This document shows, one piece after another, positions 30,240-45,782 of a stretch of 64,000 nt of DNA. Under the pieces are notes generated by a model. That model had not been told where the DNA came from and made no database searches. It saw only the letters and a program-made list of their open reading frames with translations. Position 1 is the stretch's first letter. Each line of letters begins with the position of its first letter. Position numbers and translations under genes: made by a program. The stretch spans positions 248,001-312,000 of the forward strand of contig CM022666.1 in assembly GCA_012295275.1 (NCBI GenBank). Direction: 5' to 3'. This DNA comes from Chrysomallon squamiferum. Taxonomy: Eukaryota; Animalia; Mollusca.

Positions 30240-31685
30240 TACACACATATTTGTAGCTGCAAAGGTAGAGATGAACGTGAATCCATATCCTGTTAGCGAA
30301 GGAATTACAACCAGAATCAAATGCAGTCTTCGTGATGCAAATAAAATTCAAGAAATACACAATGTGAAAATAAGAAGGAAGCTGATCAATCAGGACAGTT
30401 TTACCGATGTCGCTGCTGCTTACGATGGAAAAGATTCTGGTAAAGCTACTCTTATAGAAACGGAAATAAAAGGTATAAAATCAGTGACAGGAAAGTGTGA
30501 CAACAGTGACATGGCAGGATCCTTTGTACAAATTCTGTCACGGATTAGAAAATCTGATTCAGGCATTTACGAGTGTTCTGTCGACTTTTCTGACTCGAGA
30601 GGCTCCCAGCAACATTCTACTGCTTTCTTTGAGGTCAAAGTTCTAGGTTAGTGAATATATTAATTTACTTATGTTTAACTATATACGTGCTACAGTTTTA
30701 TTTATAATACCGATATATTTTTATGTTTATTTAAAAAAAAATTTTAAACTTTTTTTTTCTTTTGGAATTACCTTAATTAGTGGTTTAAATTTAAGATTCC
30801 TTTTTAATTTGCAGATAAATCTTTAGCAGTACAGTCTACCATCGGTTTGTATATTATTTAATTTTTACTTCGAATCTTGAATAGCTTTTACTTTTTATGA
30901 TAGTGACGTAATATAATTCAGACTGGAGCAAACGTTTATAGATTTTTTTTCCCGTGATAGCGACATCAGTCCCTCAGTCCGAAAAAGCACAGGCGGATAA
31001 GAACCCCCCAGTAGAAATGCAAGGAAGAACACCCCCCTCAAATGAAATATACTAAGGTCCCTGATCTCAGTTTAGTAGAATGTGACTGTGTATGCATTGA
31101 TATAAATTCTCTCTTCAAATTGTATCCTTCATCTTAATTGTGATTGTTATGTCGTTTTAATTAATTAAGTTGATAGTCATTTCATTATTATGCTGATTTT
31201 GATAAATATATGTAGTAAGTTTAATTTCATAAAGTGGTTGTTTGCAAACTTTTGTATCGGGAAGTTTTGTCCTACAATAAGTTTCATCTGGGGTGCCTTT
31301 GTCCTACCTTATTTTTTTTCACTGGGACTTTTGTCCTACTTCGATGTTTCAGCGATTGTCCTACCTTGCAAATCTACTAGAGGAAGGGACTTTTATCCTG
31401 GGGTCTTATTTCTTACATTCGTTTTTTCGCAATTTGCCTTTAACCTCTTGTGTTTGAAACGTGACTGAAATATAGGATGTATATATATTCTGAAAGGTGA
31501 TCGAATTGGAACATATGTGGTTGAACAAATCTATGTATTAACATCCAAATATTTGAATTTCATTTTAAAAAGCTTGTATTCAAATCCACACGTAAATATT
31601 TCTGCGTTTAATATTTTGCAATTATTATCATTATTAATATTATTATTATTAATGTTGTTGTTGTTGTTGTTATTCTGATTGTCAT

Positions 31686-31733
<48 letters not shown>

Positions 31734-32206
31734 AACTACTACTATTATTGTTTTTTTTTCCTGTTAATATATGTATTAATATTTGAATTTCATTTAATAA
31801 AAACGCGTTTGTTTCTATCCAGGCGTAAATCATTTTGCGATGTATATTTTGCATTTATTATTATTATTGCTGTTGTTTTTCTTCTTCTTATGACTGTCAT
31901 AATTATTATTATTATTTACTACTACTACTACTACTACTATTATTTTATTTCTTTTGTTGCTGTTGGTACTGGCTTTTTTGTGTTGTTGTTATTATTATTA
32001 TTATTATTATTATTTTTATGATTTAAACATAATTTTAATTTTATTATTTTTTTGTTTTTGTTTAAGGATCAGGTTCTGTGGCCATTGTTCCATATACTAT
32101 GGCAGTTCTCCCTGGTTTTGCTTTTGTTGCTTTCGTTGTATACAAAGTGCGAACTCAACGACGTCAAACTAAACGTCATATTTCTACAAAGAAAAGTATT
32201 AATTGA
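23299..32206 (+). CDS. G3: 5-Ig membrane protein gene with a frameshifted (29-nt) linker microexon and no tail microexons; possibly pseudogenising
   Basis: Exons 23299-23344, 24246-24638, 24988-25017, 26114-26512, 27389-27417 (29 nt), 27815-28201, 28657-28686, 28985-29383, 29794-29826, 30257-30646, 30815-30844, TM 32067-32195; read-through stop SIN* ends at 32206. Confidence 0.72.
24246..24638 (+). CDS. G3 Ig domain A exon
   Basis: 393 nt; IRC...IGQYRC. Confidence 0.85.
26114..26512 (+). CDS. G3 Ig domain B exon
   Basis: 399 nt; DSAEYIC. Confidence 0.85.
27815..28201 (+). CDS. G3 Ig domain C exon
   Basis: 387 nt; DSAQYKC. Confidence 0.85.
28985..29383 (+). CDS. G3 Ig domain D exon
   Basis: 399 nt. 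Confidence 0.85.
30257..30646 (+). CDS. G3 Ig domain E exon (one-codon deletion)
   Basis: 390 nt; VQILSRIRK versus VQILLSQIRK in paralogs. Confidence 0.83.
32067..32195 (+). CDS. G3 transmembrane exon
   Basis: GSGSVAIVPYTMAVLPGFAFVAFVVYKVRTQRRQTKRHISTKK; a second in-frame acceptor would start the exon at 32073. Confidence 0.7.
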
Positions 32207-32369
32207 AAGATCACATTTGGTGAATATCAAAGTATTTGATACAGATTTCTGACTCATTTGACGTTAACACTAAAGAATAACGACAGTTTTTTATCAATAG
32301 GATTTTTTTTTTTTACGAATATACGTTTATACTTTATCATCAAAGAATACTGAAAGAGAGATAAAGAGA

Positions 32370-32446
<77 letters not shown>

Positions 32447-34163
32447 GAATAATATTTATAGCTGTTCATTTGTTCCATGAAACTTTATGTTATTAATTAA
32501 GGCAAATTTGAAAATCTATGTTTTTCATTTTACCAAATTGCAATCGGTTACCCCTGTATCATTGTCAATGAGGAAAAAGATATGTTTCTATTAAAAAGTG
32601 AATGTAAATTTCTGAAATTCATTAATAACAGTGTCGAATAGTTTGAAATAGCATACAAATAATAATAAGAACAAGAAGAAGAAGGAAAAGAAGAAGAATA
32701 TGATGATGATGAAGTAGAAAAAGAACACGAAGAAGAGTATGAAGAAGAAAACGAAGAAGAGTATGAAGAGTATGTATGTCCATGTATCTACCTATATCAA
32801 GAAGAAGAAAAGAAAAAGAAAGAAAATCTGAAATGTTAATTTTTGAAAGGGGAGGTTCATTTTTCTTCTTCTAACAAGTTACAATTTTCTTCAGCATTGA
32901 CTTACAATCTTAGTGCTATTATATTATTGTAACCTGTCCTCCTCAGAGAGGGCTGAAATAACTTTATAATGAGAGTATATTAAGAACACATGGACAAAAT
33001 CTGAATAGTGAATTACGATGTAAGAGTACTTAAAAATAACACATACAGTGTTTAGTGATGTGACTGTAAATGAAGCTGAAGCTGATTTTCACTTGAAAAT
33101 ATTTAAGAAGTGACTTTTGAATACGTTTCTGAGAACCTGTTTGAATGTGTGAGCGGATTTTATTAAGCAAATTTCAAAACAAAGAGGAGATTAAATATGG
33201 AAATTTGTACTGTGTGACCTATGTTATTATTTATTATGTCTGTAATATGTTTCGAGCGAAGTTTCAACCTTATCTTAACATAACACGCTTATCATTATTC
33301 CACTAACACTAACTAAACACATATTCCATAATGAGTTGCAGTATTATTTCAAAAGGTATTCCTTAAAGAGTAGAAGGAGAAGAAGAAAAATCCTAACTAC
33401 CATTGAACAAGAAGGTTAGTTTTAGATCGCAACAACAGCTGAGAAACTGAAATCACATGATCGTTCATTTTTCGGGTATCAGAAATAAGTAAACTTCTGA
33501 AAACCTTCATAGATTTTGTGTTGAAGCTCTCCAACACACAATCTGTAACTAACATTATTGCGACAAGTGATGTGCAAAAATAACCTAGATTCAACAATTA
33601 AATCGTAATTTTATGCGGTTAAATCGACATTTTATCAAAAGAATGATCATTTTGCTTACAGACAGAAGCTTTCAAACAAGATTTGTTAGGTTCTGGTTAC
33701 GGAAAATCGACTAAATCAGTAGCTTTCTGACCCGAGAGGAATGCGTCTTCAGTGTCCACAACTTAAAGCTTTATTCGCCAGACAATACGACGGCTCAGAT
33801 CTGGCTGGTGGTCGTGAAGTTTCTACAGTTCTAAAATATGAAACATTGATCCTTCGATGATATATTGTTGAAACGAATATGTTGCTTGAAAAAAGTGGAG
33901 AGACTTTATATAATTTTTTTTATCAAGGTTTTCCAGTTATATTCAATACTAATGAAGCTAAAATATTGTTTTTCTATGTAGTCAAGTCCGTTTGAAAGGA
34001 AGATGTCTCGTAGTTAACCTCAAGAGCGTAAAAAGTAATGTATGAACATAACGATTTGGAGGCTACCCGAAGGCACATCTGATTGAAATTAAATGGTTTT
34101 TTTGTTGGTTGTTGATTTGTTGTTGTTTTTTGTTATTGTTTTTGTTTGTTTATTTATTTATTT

Positions 34164-34196
<33 letters not shown>

Positions 34197-34480
34197 CTTT
34201 TTTTTTTTTTTATTTCACTATTCGAGATAACATTCGTGCAGAACGCACAAGGAGAAGACTTCAAACTTTCTATTCATGCAAGATTTAATCAGATAAGACC
34301 TGAACAGTACAAATCAAGTCTTCAAATTCAGTAGAAAAAACGACAACAGTATGATGGACCAAAAATATAAGCTTTTGGAGTACCTACGCTAAAGCTTCTA
34401 AAATATAAATATGCTATTACGTCATACGAGACCCACGCTACGTCATATGAGACCCAAATTTGTAGTTAATACATTTCATC

Positions 34481-34529
34481 ATGTCAGACTGGATTTTCTA
34501 TTTATTATGTTTTGCGGTTTGGCCAGTGG
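34481..34529 (+). CDS. G4 signal-peptide exon
   Basis: MSDWIFYLLCFAVWPV, G|gtaagt. Confidence 0.8.
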
Positions 34530-36533
34530 GTAAGTGAACTGCTAGATCAGTTTGATACATTTCTAATAAAAGGGAGTTTACTCAAAATTTCTAAATTACT
34601 GAATTTCAAAAGAAACAATTAGCACTTTGAAGTTTTTGAATTGGATAAGTAATTTATGAGCTATGTCAAATCAAAGATGCAGAAATTACGTTACGTCTTG
34701 AAACAAACGTGGCACCACAAATATCACAATTTTGCTGTTCTTGTACATTTATTTTCAATTTTTATCCAGTTGTTGTGAAATTTTGAATACTATTAAAACA
34801 GACACTATGAAAGTCAACTATCAACATTTTATTATTCAGTGTAGACCTTGGCATATAAAATAGACACGCACGCACCCATCTCTCAACGCAGAAAGTGAAA
34901 ATAATGTTTTGGTCCCGTAACATTTGAAAACAAAAATATATATAGTTGATCCATACTTGATAAAGATAAATATTTATGTATTGTATAGAGTATAAAGTAT
35001 ACTAAATATTATATTTGATTTTAATAATAAAAAAATGTAATAATGTAAAACCAATAGACGAATGAACTGTTTCTAGCCCCTACCAGTACATTGCAACTAA
35101 CAACCCAACAACCGTAACAAATGTGGTTATAAATTTGCCCACCATTTTGAAAGAGAGTAGCGAAGCTTTCCATTATAGTATTGAAGGCAGTTAATATTTT
35201 CATAAATTACGTTAAAATGTTTTTAAATATCAAAAAAGTATTCATACATAAAATAAATAGCATTAAACAAAATTAGATTTTGCATTTGTAAACCGTCAGT
35301 GATTATATAATGGCAATTAATCGTCTTCTGAATTACACAATCTGTTGTCACTACTGCAGACGATATTCCGCGATTTTAATGTTTGATCATCGTGTGTTTG
35401 GTATATCGGTTCAAAAACTTTGCAAGTCTACTTCAGCCCAACATTAGTTTGATCTAGAACTAATATCTACTTGTTCAGAAGATATTTATTTACATAACAG
35501 AAATAGTGATATCAATTTGATTACATTTAATTCCAGGAAACGTTCGTTTTCACTTCTTTCTTCCAGCGATTACAGGTTAAAAATAACTGACGTTGTTTTC
35601 GCTATGATCACGTGATTGCTCATTGGTTTATTTGTATGGAAGGGCTGAAGGCATAATCGTCTGTTGAAGTGAACGGGTATTTGGCCGCTATATAAAAAAA
35701 AAAAAATAATAATAACAAATGGAAACGCGCGTGTTGATTAACTAAGTGTTTTATTTGTTTTATATATATACGGTATTAATAACATAACACAATTAAAGTA
35801 ATATATTTAAATGACATTTAATGAACACTTTTGTTAATTTCTGTAAATAATATTAAAGCTCATTATGTACAGTTTGAATTGAAAATGATGAGCTGTTATC
35901 GGTAAAACAAAGGAATTCGCGTAACGTCATCTGGGTTTAGCGAACTGCCTACTACTACTATTACTACTACTACTGTTAATACTACTACTACTACTAATAA
36001 TAATAATTATTATTATTATAGAACAAATAAATGCGTTAATGAAATAAACAAAATCTGAAGCAAATGCTGACGCAAACGCTATCAAGAATTGTACAAAATC
36101 AACTCCTAACTTTACCTTTTCAAGCCAAATGAATAAACGAAATAACATGAAAATGAATTAAATGTAAACAAATAATAATAAATTTAGGAAAGCTTTTATG
36201 CTATAATTTATCCAAATGCAAAATATGGAATTAAAACAAATAACAATTAAATAAAACAACAAAGGAGGCTCTAGTCAAGCAGTGATAAATACGCGGGTTT
36301 TTTATATACTTTTGGTGCTACTAAAAGCAGGTCTGATTTCATTTATGTTGTCACTCGAGAATCGTGCGGTTGTGAGTTCATTTTGGAGGAAGGGACTGAA
36401 ATGAAAGCGTAGTATAGAGGATTGAAATGGTTGTCACAGTTTGTAATGCGGTGTGATATTAAACATGTTTTGTAATCTGGTTATCAAGAGGAGGGAGTTT
36501 ATAAAAAATATTTTCTCCCCACGGAACTGCGTC

Positions 36534-36573
<40 letters not shown>

Positions 36574-36688
36574 TACTTCTAATTATTATTTTTGTTTTTA
36601 AAGAAAATAAACTAACAGAATATTTGTTTAGCTATTCGTTTGTTGCATGAAGCTTACAACTTTTTGGTATTCATTAATGCAGAGAGGA

Positions 36689-36753
<65 letters not shown>

Positions 36754-37650
36754 TGTGTGTATCGATATTTTTCATTTTAGCAAATTACTACCGATTAGTT
36801 GTACTTTTATTTTTAAAGAAAGAGAAGAAAAAGGAAACAAAATAATTACGTATGTATGCATATATGTATGTAATGCACGTTATACATAAATATGATTCTT
36901 TCTTTTTCTTCTTCTTTGTTTGTTTGTTTACAGTTAAAGGGGTGCTGATGACAGTAAGACCTAATCCTATTTATGAAGGGGATGCTATGATAATTAGATG
37001 TGATATTGAAGATGCCAGTCAAATCATTGTTTTGTTCTCCGTATATTTAAGAAGGAAACCTCTCCGTGATGAAAATTATACGACCTTAGGCTGTGCATTA
37101 CCACTGAAACAGAATGGTACAGCGTATCTCTGTGATGAGACTTTAAAATCAGTAGCAACAGTAACAGGAAAAGCTGACGACGTGAACCCTGCAGAAAGTT
37201 TTATGCAAGTAGTACTGAAACCGGTGACTAGCGATGTTATAGGACATTACGTATGCCAGTTCGTTTATGCTATGCCAAACTCACTCATAAGATCTGCCAG
37301 AGCTTACATTAAAGTTAATGTTCTGAGTAAGAGAACTATTAATACATTTATTTTTAGTTAGTTCCTGTACGCCATTTGTAAAATAGATAGTAGAATCATG
37401 GCTGTGAAGTTATAATGATTAGTTCTTGCATTATTCAAAAATAACCATTAATAATAATACAATTATGTCTAACATGCCTTAGCTTACTTCCACGTAAATT
37501 AATCCTCTAAAATGAAAGAAAAGTTTTCATTTACTCACAGTAAACACAAATGCATTTTGTTTTCTTTTTTCATTGTTTATATCATTTGTTTTATATTTAC
37601 AGATAGCGTGTTGCCAAAGTCAATAATTAGAGGTTTGTGTAGTGTATTAT

Positions 37651-37734
<84 letters not shown>

Positions 37735-40232
37735 TGTTACTTTTTTTTTTCTCTGACTGAAAAGAAACTGTTAGAATATACCAATTATGTTTTGGTCGGC
37801 ATATAATTTTCGGTTGCAAAACAAGCTACAAAACATACAACTTTTAACACATATTTTAAATAAATATACTAATTCACCTTTAAGCATAACATTTTTATTT
37901 TATAAATCCCTTAAGGAAATATATAGTGATTACTTTGAATTTAACCAGTACATCGTGTTAAACTATTTGTGGTAAATACTGTTATCGTAAAAGACCTGAA
38001 ACATTTATTAGTAAAGATAATAACTTTCACCTTTGTTTCCTTAAATATGCAGCAATCAATAGAGAACAATCGTGACACAGAGGTACTTCTGAATCGGTAC
38101 TTCTGAAATATGTTAGAAATGAAAGATAAATGAAACACATATTCTTTGATTTTAATGTTAGTCTTGTGATTCTCAAGGCGATGGACACACAAGTTGTGAA
38201 GACGCTCCTGCAGCTGGACGAAGTGTCGACGAACCTGGCGTCGAGGTGGGTTGTCAGCCACGTCCTGCTGGATGATGGTGCCCACTATCGCCTGCTCACC
38301 TTAAAGCCCATCAATAACTCGCCAGGTTGATGGGTGGTAGTAGCCCACAAGGTTGAAGAACATATTGTTCCAACCTTCACATTAGTTGGTCGTACGAGGA
38401 TTATTGCTCATGGTGGCGTCATGAACGTTGCACAGGACTGGAGCAAACACTGGTGGAACACGGCGCAACCTGAGCTGCTTACCGGGCCTGTCTGCTGGCT
38501 GCTCAGTCTGTTGGAAAGAACCACTGACGTATGTACGATCAAAGTACGTAAGTAAGTCCTCGACTTTAGATGGATCTTGCAGCACGACAGCTTTTAGATG
38601 TTCCATACCCTCCTCAACTTGATCTAATGGCAAAAAGGCAAGAGCATCCATCGTGCCACAGAACAGGCATCGGCCATGTAGTGTGGACCCAAGCCTAAGT
38701 CCTGAATCTTACACCAGGTGCTTTGTGTCAGGTGATAGAAGCATCCCTTATTTGTAACATGACGATCGAAGACAGCAAGGACAGCTCACAGTACACCATC
38801 CTGAAAGTACTCTATCCTAATCAGTAAGCTAAACCCAAGCTAGACCCAATGTGAAGGACCTTTCTTTAAGCCTGCCTATTTAATAAGTGTAACAATTCAG
38901 CACCCTTGCACAATATGAAACTCCTTTCGTTAATGTAGCCTAATCAATAAGCTTAACAATTACCCTATGCATACTATGATGCTACATTCAATACTATACA
39001 AACCAATACATTTTGTGACTTTTTTCCAGTCACCGATGAATTAGATCAGTGAATTCTATACTTCTTTTTATCAAGATTATAGAAATTCTGTCTACAACAT
39101 TAGTATATTTCCGTTTCAAAAGCAAGTTTTAGCAATCGGAGCATTAAGAATATAGTTACCTATATCCATCTAAATTTGTCTGTTGTTCAGTTGAAACAAA
39201 ATTATCCGCTAAGGTTCCAACAGTCTCTCCCAAGGCTTGTCTAGGCTCTGGTATTTTCCCTCTAAGAAGAAAAAACCAGAAGATTCAGTATTTACCAACG
39301 AGACATACAGGCTATCATTTCAACTAACACAAAGACTTTCAACAAACAAGTGTCTAAAGAGTGTGATACATCTCTACACATGTTGAGCCAGGGAACACAT
39401 TATTGCCAGACGGCATTACTCACTACCTTCACATCCATGTACACAAACTGAATATTTTATCTGCATAGAAGAAATCACTTTCTAATATTTACATCCCGCC
39501 TATTTCACAGTCCGGGAATCGTTGCACAGAAAATTGACAGATTGAAATTATAATAATATCAAATGTTAAAAATTGAAATATCAACTAGAAATTGAAAATC
39601 TAAAATTATAGGCAGTTTAACTTAAACGATTTTGAAATATTTTATCTCTACTTTTTTAGTTGTATCTGATGAAGTAAAACTGACATTAGATTCGAATCCT
39701 GCCTACGAAAGAACCCCTCTAGTAATCAGATGTGAACCTGGTACCTCCGAAGAAGTCGAGGATGTAAGGTCTCTAGCAATAAGAAGACAATTTCCCTACG
39801 ATTATGAACCAACTACTATAGCTAGTGCTGCTACCAAAGAGGAAATGGGTGAAGCCACTATCAAAGACACAGATTTAGAGAAAACAGCAACTGTTTCAGG
39901 ATTGTGTGACGGGAGAAACGTAAAGAATTCTTATATTGAGCTTATACTGCCGGTCATGACTAGCAATGATTCAGCAGAGTACATTTGCTACATCGAATAT
40001 GAAAACCCAGATGAAGATATTCTGAATTCTGAGGTTTCTAGGAAAATCACTGTTGCACGTAAGTGATGACGTCAGTTTAACGTAATTACTCTCAATGATG
40101 CACAGGATTTTATTTATTTTTTTTTTTTTAATTTAATACATTTTTATTTATTTATTATTTTTATTATGAAACGAAATATTTCTATTTTTCTGGTTTATTC
40201 ACCATATATAAACTTTTTCTTTGATTTTTATT

Positions 40233-40264
<32 letters not shown>

Positions 40265-43200
40265 TAATGTGGTAGCATTTCGAATAATATAATTCCACAT
40301 CTAAATAATTTCAGGCATTTTCTTTTTTCCTAAGGAACTGTTTAAACATTTGCTATAGACAAATAAAACAGGAGCAACTTTCAGTGACCCATATTTCCTA
40401 GAAAGAAGTTAATTAATAACACAGTTTTAACAAAAAGGTGGCTAAATACCCAGAATTTCGAACATCAGTTCCTTCCTCATTATCTTTATCGAATATATTC
40501 AGCGGGTTTGCTATCTCATAGCAATTAAATAAAAGCTGTATCTTTGATATCTAATAATTGTTTATTGTGAAACGTGCTGGTATGTCTTTGAAGAAAATAC
40601 GATATTCTGTTCAAAAAATATTGGAATTGCTCTAATTTCTCGTTCGTGTTTCGTGTGTCGAAGAACTGTACATTCTTTCATCACCACTGAAATCATTTTA
40701 GATGATAGAATAAGACGATAATAAAGAAAAGTTTATAATTTTCTCTGTTCTCTTTAACAGCATTCTCCAAACAAACACCGGAAGTTCAAGGTACGTTTTA
40801 TAATTTGATGTAATAGTTTACAGAATGTGAATGTTCTAGTCAATAAAACGTCTGTCAGAATATTCCAGTGAGAAGATTTCTAATACACAGTTACGTAGCC
40901 TGAAACAGACACGATTTGCACCATTAAATACACTGAAAACTCGAAATAAAATAGTTTTGTAAACAGAATCAGATAATTATTAAATTTGCATCCTATAGGG
41001 AAATTATTTTTACTATCATTGTAAAAACAATACTTACAGATAATATTTAGGTGACTGTGTGTTCATAGGGAACCGCCCCATAGTCAGAGATATTTACTTT
41101 CTAACCAAACAAATGTTTCCACTTTTATAAGTGTTCACAGCACCAAATATGATGTGTGGCAAGCATAAATACATGTTATATGATATTTATTATTATTATT
41201 ATTGGTATTGGTATTGTGTGTTTATGTATGTGTATATGTGTGTCCGTGTGTACACACACACATACACACACGCACATACAAATATGTATTTTTAGCTGTG
41301 ACCGATGTACTGTACATGAATATAATTCCACATACTGTGTATGAAGGAACTCGTGTGACAATCACATGCAAAATTGCCAGACTTCTTTCAGTTCAAAATC
41401 TCGGTGGTTTTATTCTAAAGCGAAAATTGTTAAATGAGGAGGAAACAACAATAGCTTATGCTTGGTCATTAAGAAACAACGGCAAAGCCGGATCAATAGG
41501 AATGAATAAAGGAAAAGTGACAGGAAAGTGTCAGAACAGTGACAAAAAGGGATCTTTCCTACAGATTGAACTGCTACCAATGAACATCTCTGATTCAGCT
41601 CAGTACAAATGTTACTGTTATTATGTGAATGTTACTGGTCTGCACACGGCTTCTGTAGTTTATGCAGATGTCACAGTCCAGAGTAAGTAAACACATTCTT
41701 TTCTTTTTCTAAAATATGAACATGGTTCTCAAAATGAATTAAAATATGATTTGATGAAAAGTATAGAAAGCAAAAAAAAAACCAATAACCATAGTAATAA
41801 AAACTGTTAACAATAATACCAATAATAATAATAATAATAATATCAGAAGAAGAAGGAGGAGGAGGAGGAGAAGAAGAAAAAAAGAATAATAAGGAGAAGA
41901 AGTAAGAGAAAGAGAATTTGACAAAATAAAAAATACAAACAAAAGATTCTGAATAAAACAGAAACGATTTTTAAAAAAAGTATATTGTTATTATTATTAG
42001 AGTCGTAATATATTAATAGCAATACGTTATTGTTTTCTAAATTATCTAGATATGTACCTTTTTTAAATCGTAATGTTCGATTTAGCTTTCCATTTCAAAT
42101 ACATTGTTTTCTTTCATTACTTTACAGGTTCTTCAAAACAACCTACTGCACCTCAAGGTTTTATATCATTTTATTTCGTGTCAAGAATTACATTACGTTA
42201 TTGTTTTTGATAAACTACATTTTCTTCCTCTTATCTCAGAAGAAATAATAACTTTACGTAATGATATCGTCTTAAATTCATTACTAATCTTCAAAACTAA
42301 TATTCACTGAACAGTCTTCTAATAAAGAATTCATGTTAACTAAGAAAGCATATTTAATTGTACACTAAGTCATTATCATCAGCAACACCATCGTCATTAT
42401 TATTATTATTATTATTATTATTAATTTGTTTAGTTATTGTTGAGAAAGCAAGGTTGACAGTATATCCAAATCCTGTCTATGAAGGCGTACCTATGACAGT
42501 TACATGCAGTGTTGGTAACATCACCCAGGTCGAAAGATTAGATATGATTGGATTAAAGAGAAAACTTGTCAGTGAAGCACAACCAATCCTTATCACTAGA
42601 GCTAAAGGAAACGAAAATGGTGGTAAAGCCAGATTGGAAGAGTCAAGTTTAAAATCAACCTCAACAGTGAGAGGAAAATGTGACAACAATGACAAAACTG
42701 GATCTTTCGTGGAAATTAGTTTATGGGCAATGAATATGTCTGGTATAATAAAATACATATGTTTCATCAATTACACTGACACATCCGGGGAAATTATTCA
42801 GTATGAAACTTCAGCCTACATCACAGTTCTCAGTATGTAAAAATTTAATTTACCATAGTTACATGGGTTGTGATAATAAGACATTGATTTTGTTGGACTT
42901 GACAAACAATGTAAAACAATGTAAATTTAGATAATTAGACAATTGTTTCGAATTTTAAAACTGACTCAGTATTATATTTTTCTATGTAAAGTATTTAAGA
43001 TATTTCAGTCAATACAAAATCAATCAATCAATAAAATAAAATAAAATAAAATAAAATTTAAATAAAAATGAAATGATTGTGTGAAAAAAACAATTCAAAC
43101 TTCAACTTGAATTCTGCCTTTGAAACATCTTCTTTCACTACGTGTCCTGTACGCTAATAAAACAAAATTCGGTGCTGTCGTCTTTCGTGTATGTCATCTA

Positions 43201-43662
43201 CCACTGTGTTATCAATTATACCTGTCTTGATTTGTTAGTTTTGTTTATATACTTTGAAGGTAAATATAATTTCATATATTCATCTTGTTTCTTTCCAGAC
43301 ATTGGAAATCAACTGGCTAAACCACAGAGATGTATGTATTTTATTTAAATTAAGTTATATTTAATTATAAATTTGTATGTCTGTAATAACATTTTTCTAA
43401 ATTTATTTTTCTATTTTAATCCTCAAATTATATTTCCACGATTAGCTGAAGAGTTTACATTGAATCTACTGTAATATTTTCTTTCCTTGTCTTTCAGTAT
43501 TTGTAAGAAATATTTTAATTGCTTAATAATAATAAACAAATCAGTAAGAGAGAAATATTTCATTTTCAAATCAAAATTATAATTTTTCAACAAATTTCTA
43601 TTTATCTACCTAGTCTAACTGCCTCGAAAAATGTATCGAAAAATTATAATTTAGATTTTATT

Positions 43663-43693
<31 letters not shown>

Positions 43694-44931
43694 TTATTAT
43701 ATAGCTACAAATGTAGAGCTGAACGTGAATCCATATCCTGTTAGCGAAGGAATTACAACTAGAATCAAATGCAGTGTTCATGATGCAAATACAATTCAAG
43801 CATTATACAATGTGAAAATAAGAAGGAAGCTGATCAATCAGGACAGTTTTACCGATGTCGCTGTTGCTTACGATGGAAAAGATTCTGGTAAAGCTACTCT
43901 TATAGACACGGAAATGAAAGGTATACAATCAGTGACAGGAAAGTGTGACAACAATGACATAGCAGGATCCTTTGTACAAATTCTACTGTCACAGATTAGA
44001 AAATCTGATTCAGGCACTTACGAGTGTTCTAGCGATTTTTCTGACTCGAAAGGCTCTGATGAACATTCTAGTGCTTTTTTTGAGGTCGAAGTTGAAGGTT
44101 AGTGAATATATTAATTTACAGTTTTATTGATAAAATCGATATATTTTTATGTTTATTTATTTATTTTATTAACTTTTTTTTCTTTTTTTTTGAATTACTC
44201 TAAGTACTGTTTTTCATTTTGAGATTTCTTTTTAATTTTCAGATAAATATTTAACAGTACAGTCTAGCAACGGTTTGTATATTATTTAATTTTTATTTCC
44301 GAATTTTCAATATTTTTTTTCTTTTTATGACAGTGAAGTAGCATAAATTAGACTGAAGCAAACGTTTATAGCTTTTTCCCGTGATAGCGACATCAGTCCC
44401 TCAGTCCAAAAAAGCATGGCGGATAAGAACCCCCCAGTAGAAATGCAAGGAAGAACACCCCCCTCAAATTAAATATACTAAGGTCCCTGATCTCAATTTA
44501 GTAGAATGTGACTGTGTATGCATTGATATAAATTCTCTCTTCAAATTGTATGCTTCATCTTAATTGTGATGGTTATTTCGTTTTAGTTAATTATGCTGAG
44601 GAAACAAACAATTTGATAATCATTCCATTATTATGCTGATTTTGATAAATATATCGGGACTTTGATCCTGGGGTCTTATTTCCTACGTTCGTATTTTTTT
44701 CACTAGGTATCATTTAAACTGGTGATTTTGTTTGAAACGTGACTGAAATATAGGATGTATATATACTCTGAAATGTAATCGAACTGGAATATATGTGGTT
44801 GAATAAATCCATGTATTAACATCTCAGTATTTGAATTTCATTTTAAAAAGCTTTTGTTCCAATCCACACTTAAATATTTGTGCTTTTCATATTTTGTATT
44901 TATTATTTGTTTTATTATTATCATAATTATT

Positions 44932-44972
<41 letters not shown>

Positions 44973-45720
44973 CATTATTATTATTATTGTTATTACTGTT
45001 ATTATTATTGTTATTTTTATTTTTTATTGTTGTCTTCGTTGTTTGTATTGTTTATGTTGTTGTTGTTGTTGTTGTTGGAGTTGTTTATTACAATTATTTT
45101 TATTATAATATATATAGTTCTTTATTTTTTTTTGCAGAGTTTGCTATGACCAGTGTTCCACTTATTATGACAGTTATTGCTGCTATTGCTCTTGTTGCTT
45201 TCATTGTATACAGAGTGCGAAAACATCGACGTCAAACTAAACGTGATAGTTCTTCAGACAAAAGTATCAATTTTTATGTACATTTGTTTCTTTGACCTTA
45301 TTTAAAAGACTACATTTGGTACATATCAGAGTGAATGATAATTAAGTAGTAGTTGCAGTAGTAATAGCAGTAGCAGTTATGGTAGTAGTAGTAGTAATAA
45401 TGTGTACGATATAATTTAAAGAGGAATTAGAATTATCCGAGGAATTGTGCATTTCCTTAAATCTAATTTCATTACGATCATCTGTTTCAACGAAAAGAAT
45501 TTGATATAAACATTATGAAGGTGGTGGAGTTGGTTATAAGAAGCAGTGTATAACACATATATCAACATAATGATTCGCTTTCTTTTCCTGTGATAATAAT
45601 TTTGTTTATACAAAATGCAAACTCACTATGATGCTTTTGCAAGTTTCAAAGTCGAAGGAACCCAGTCTGATAATTGTTATTGCTATTTTTCCCATTATTA
45701 CTGTTGTTGTTCTTATTTTT

Positions 45721-45782
<62 letters not shown>

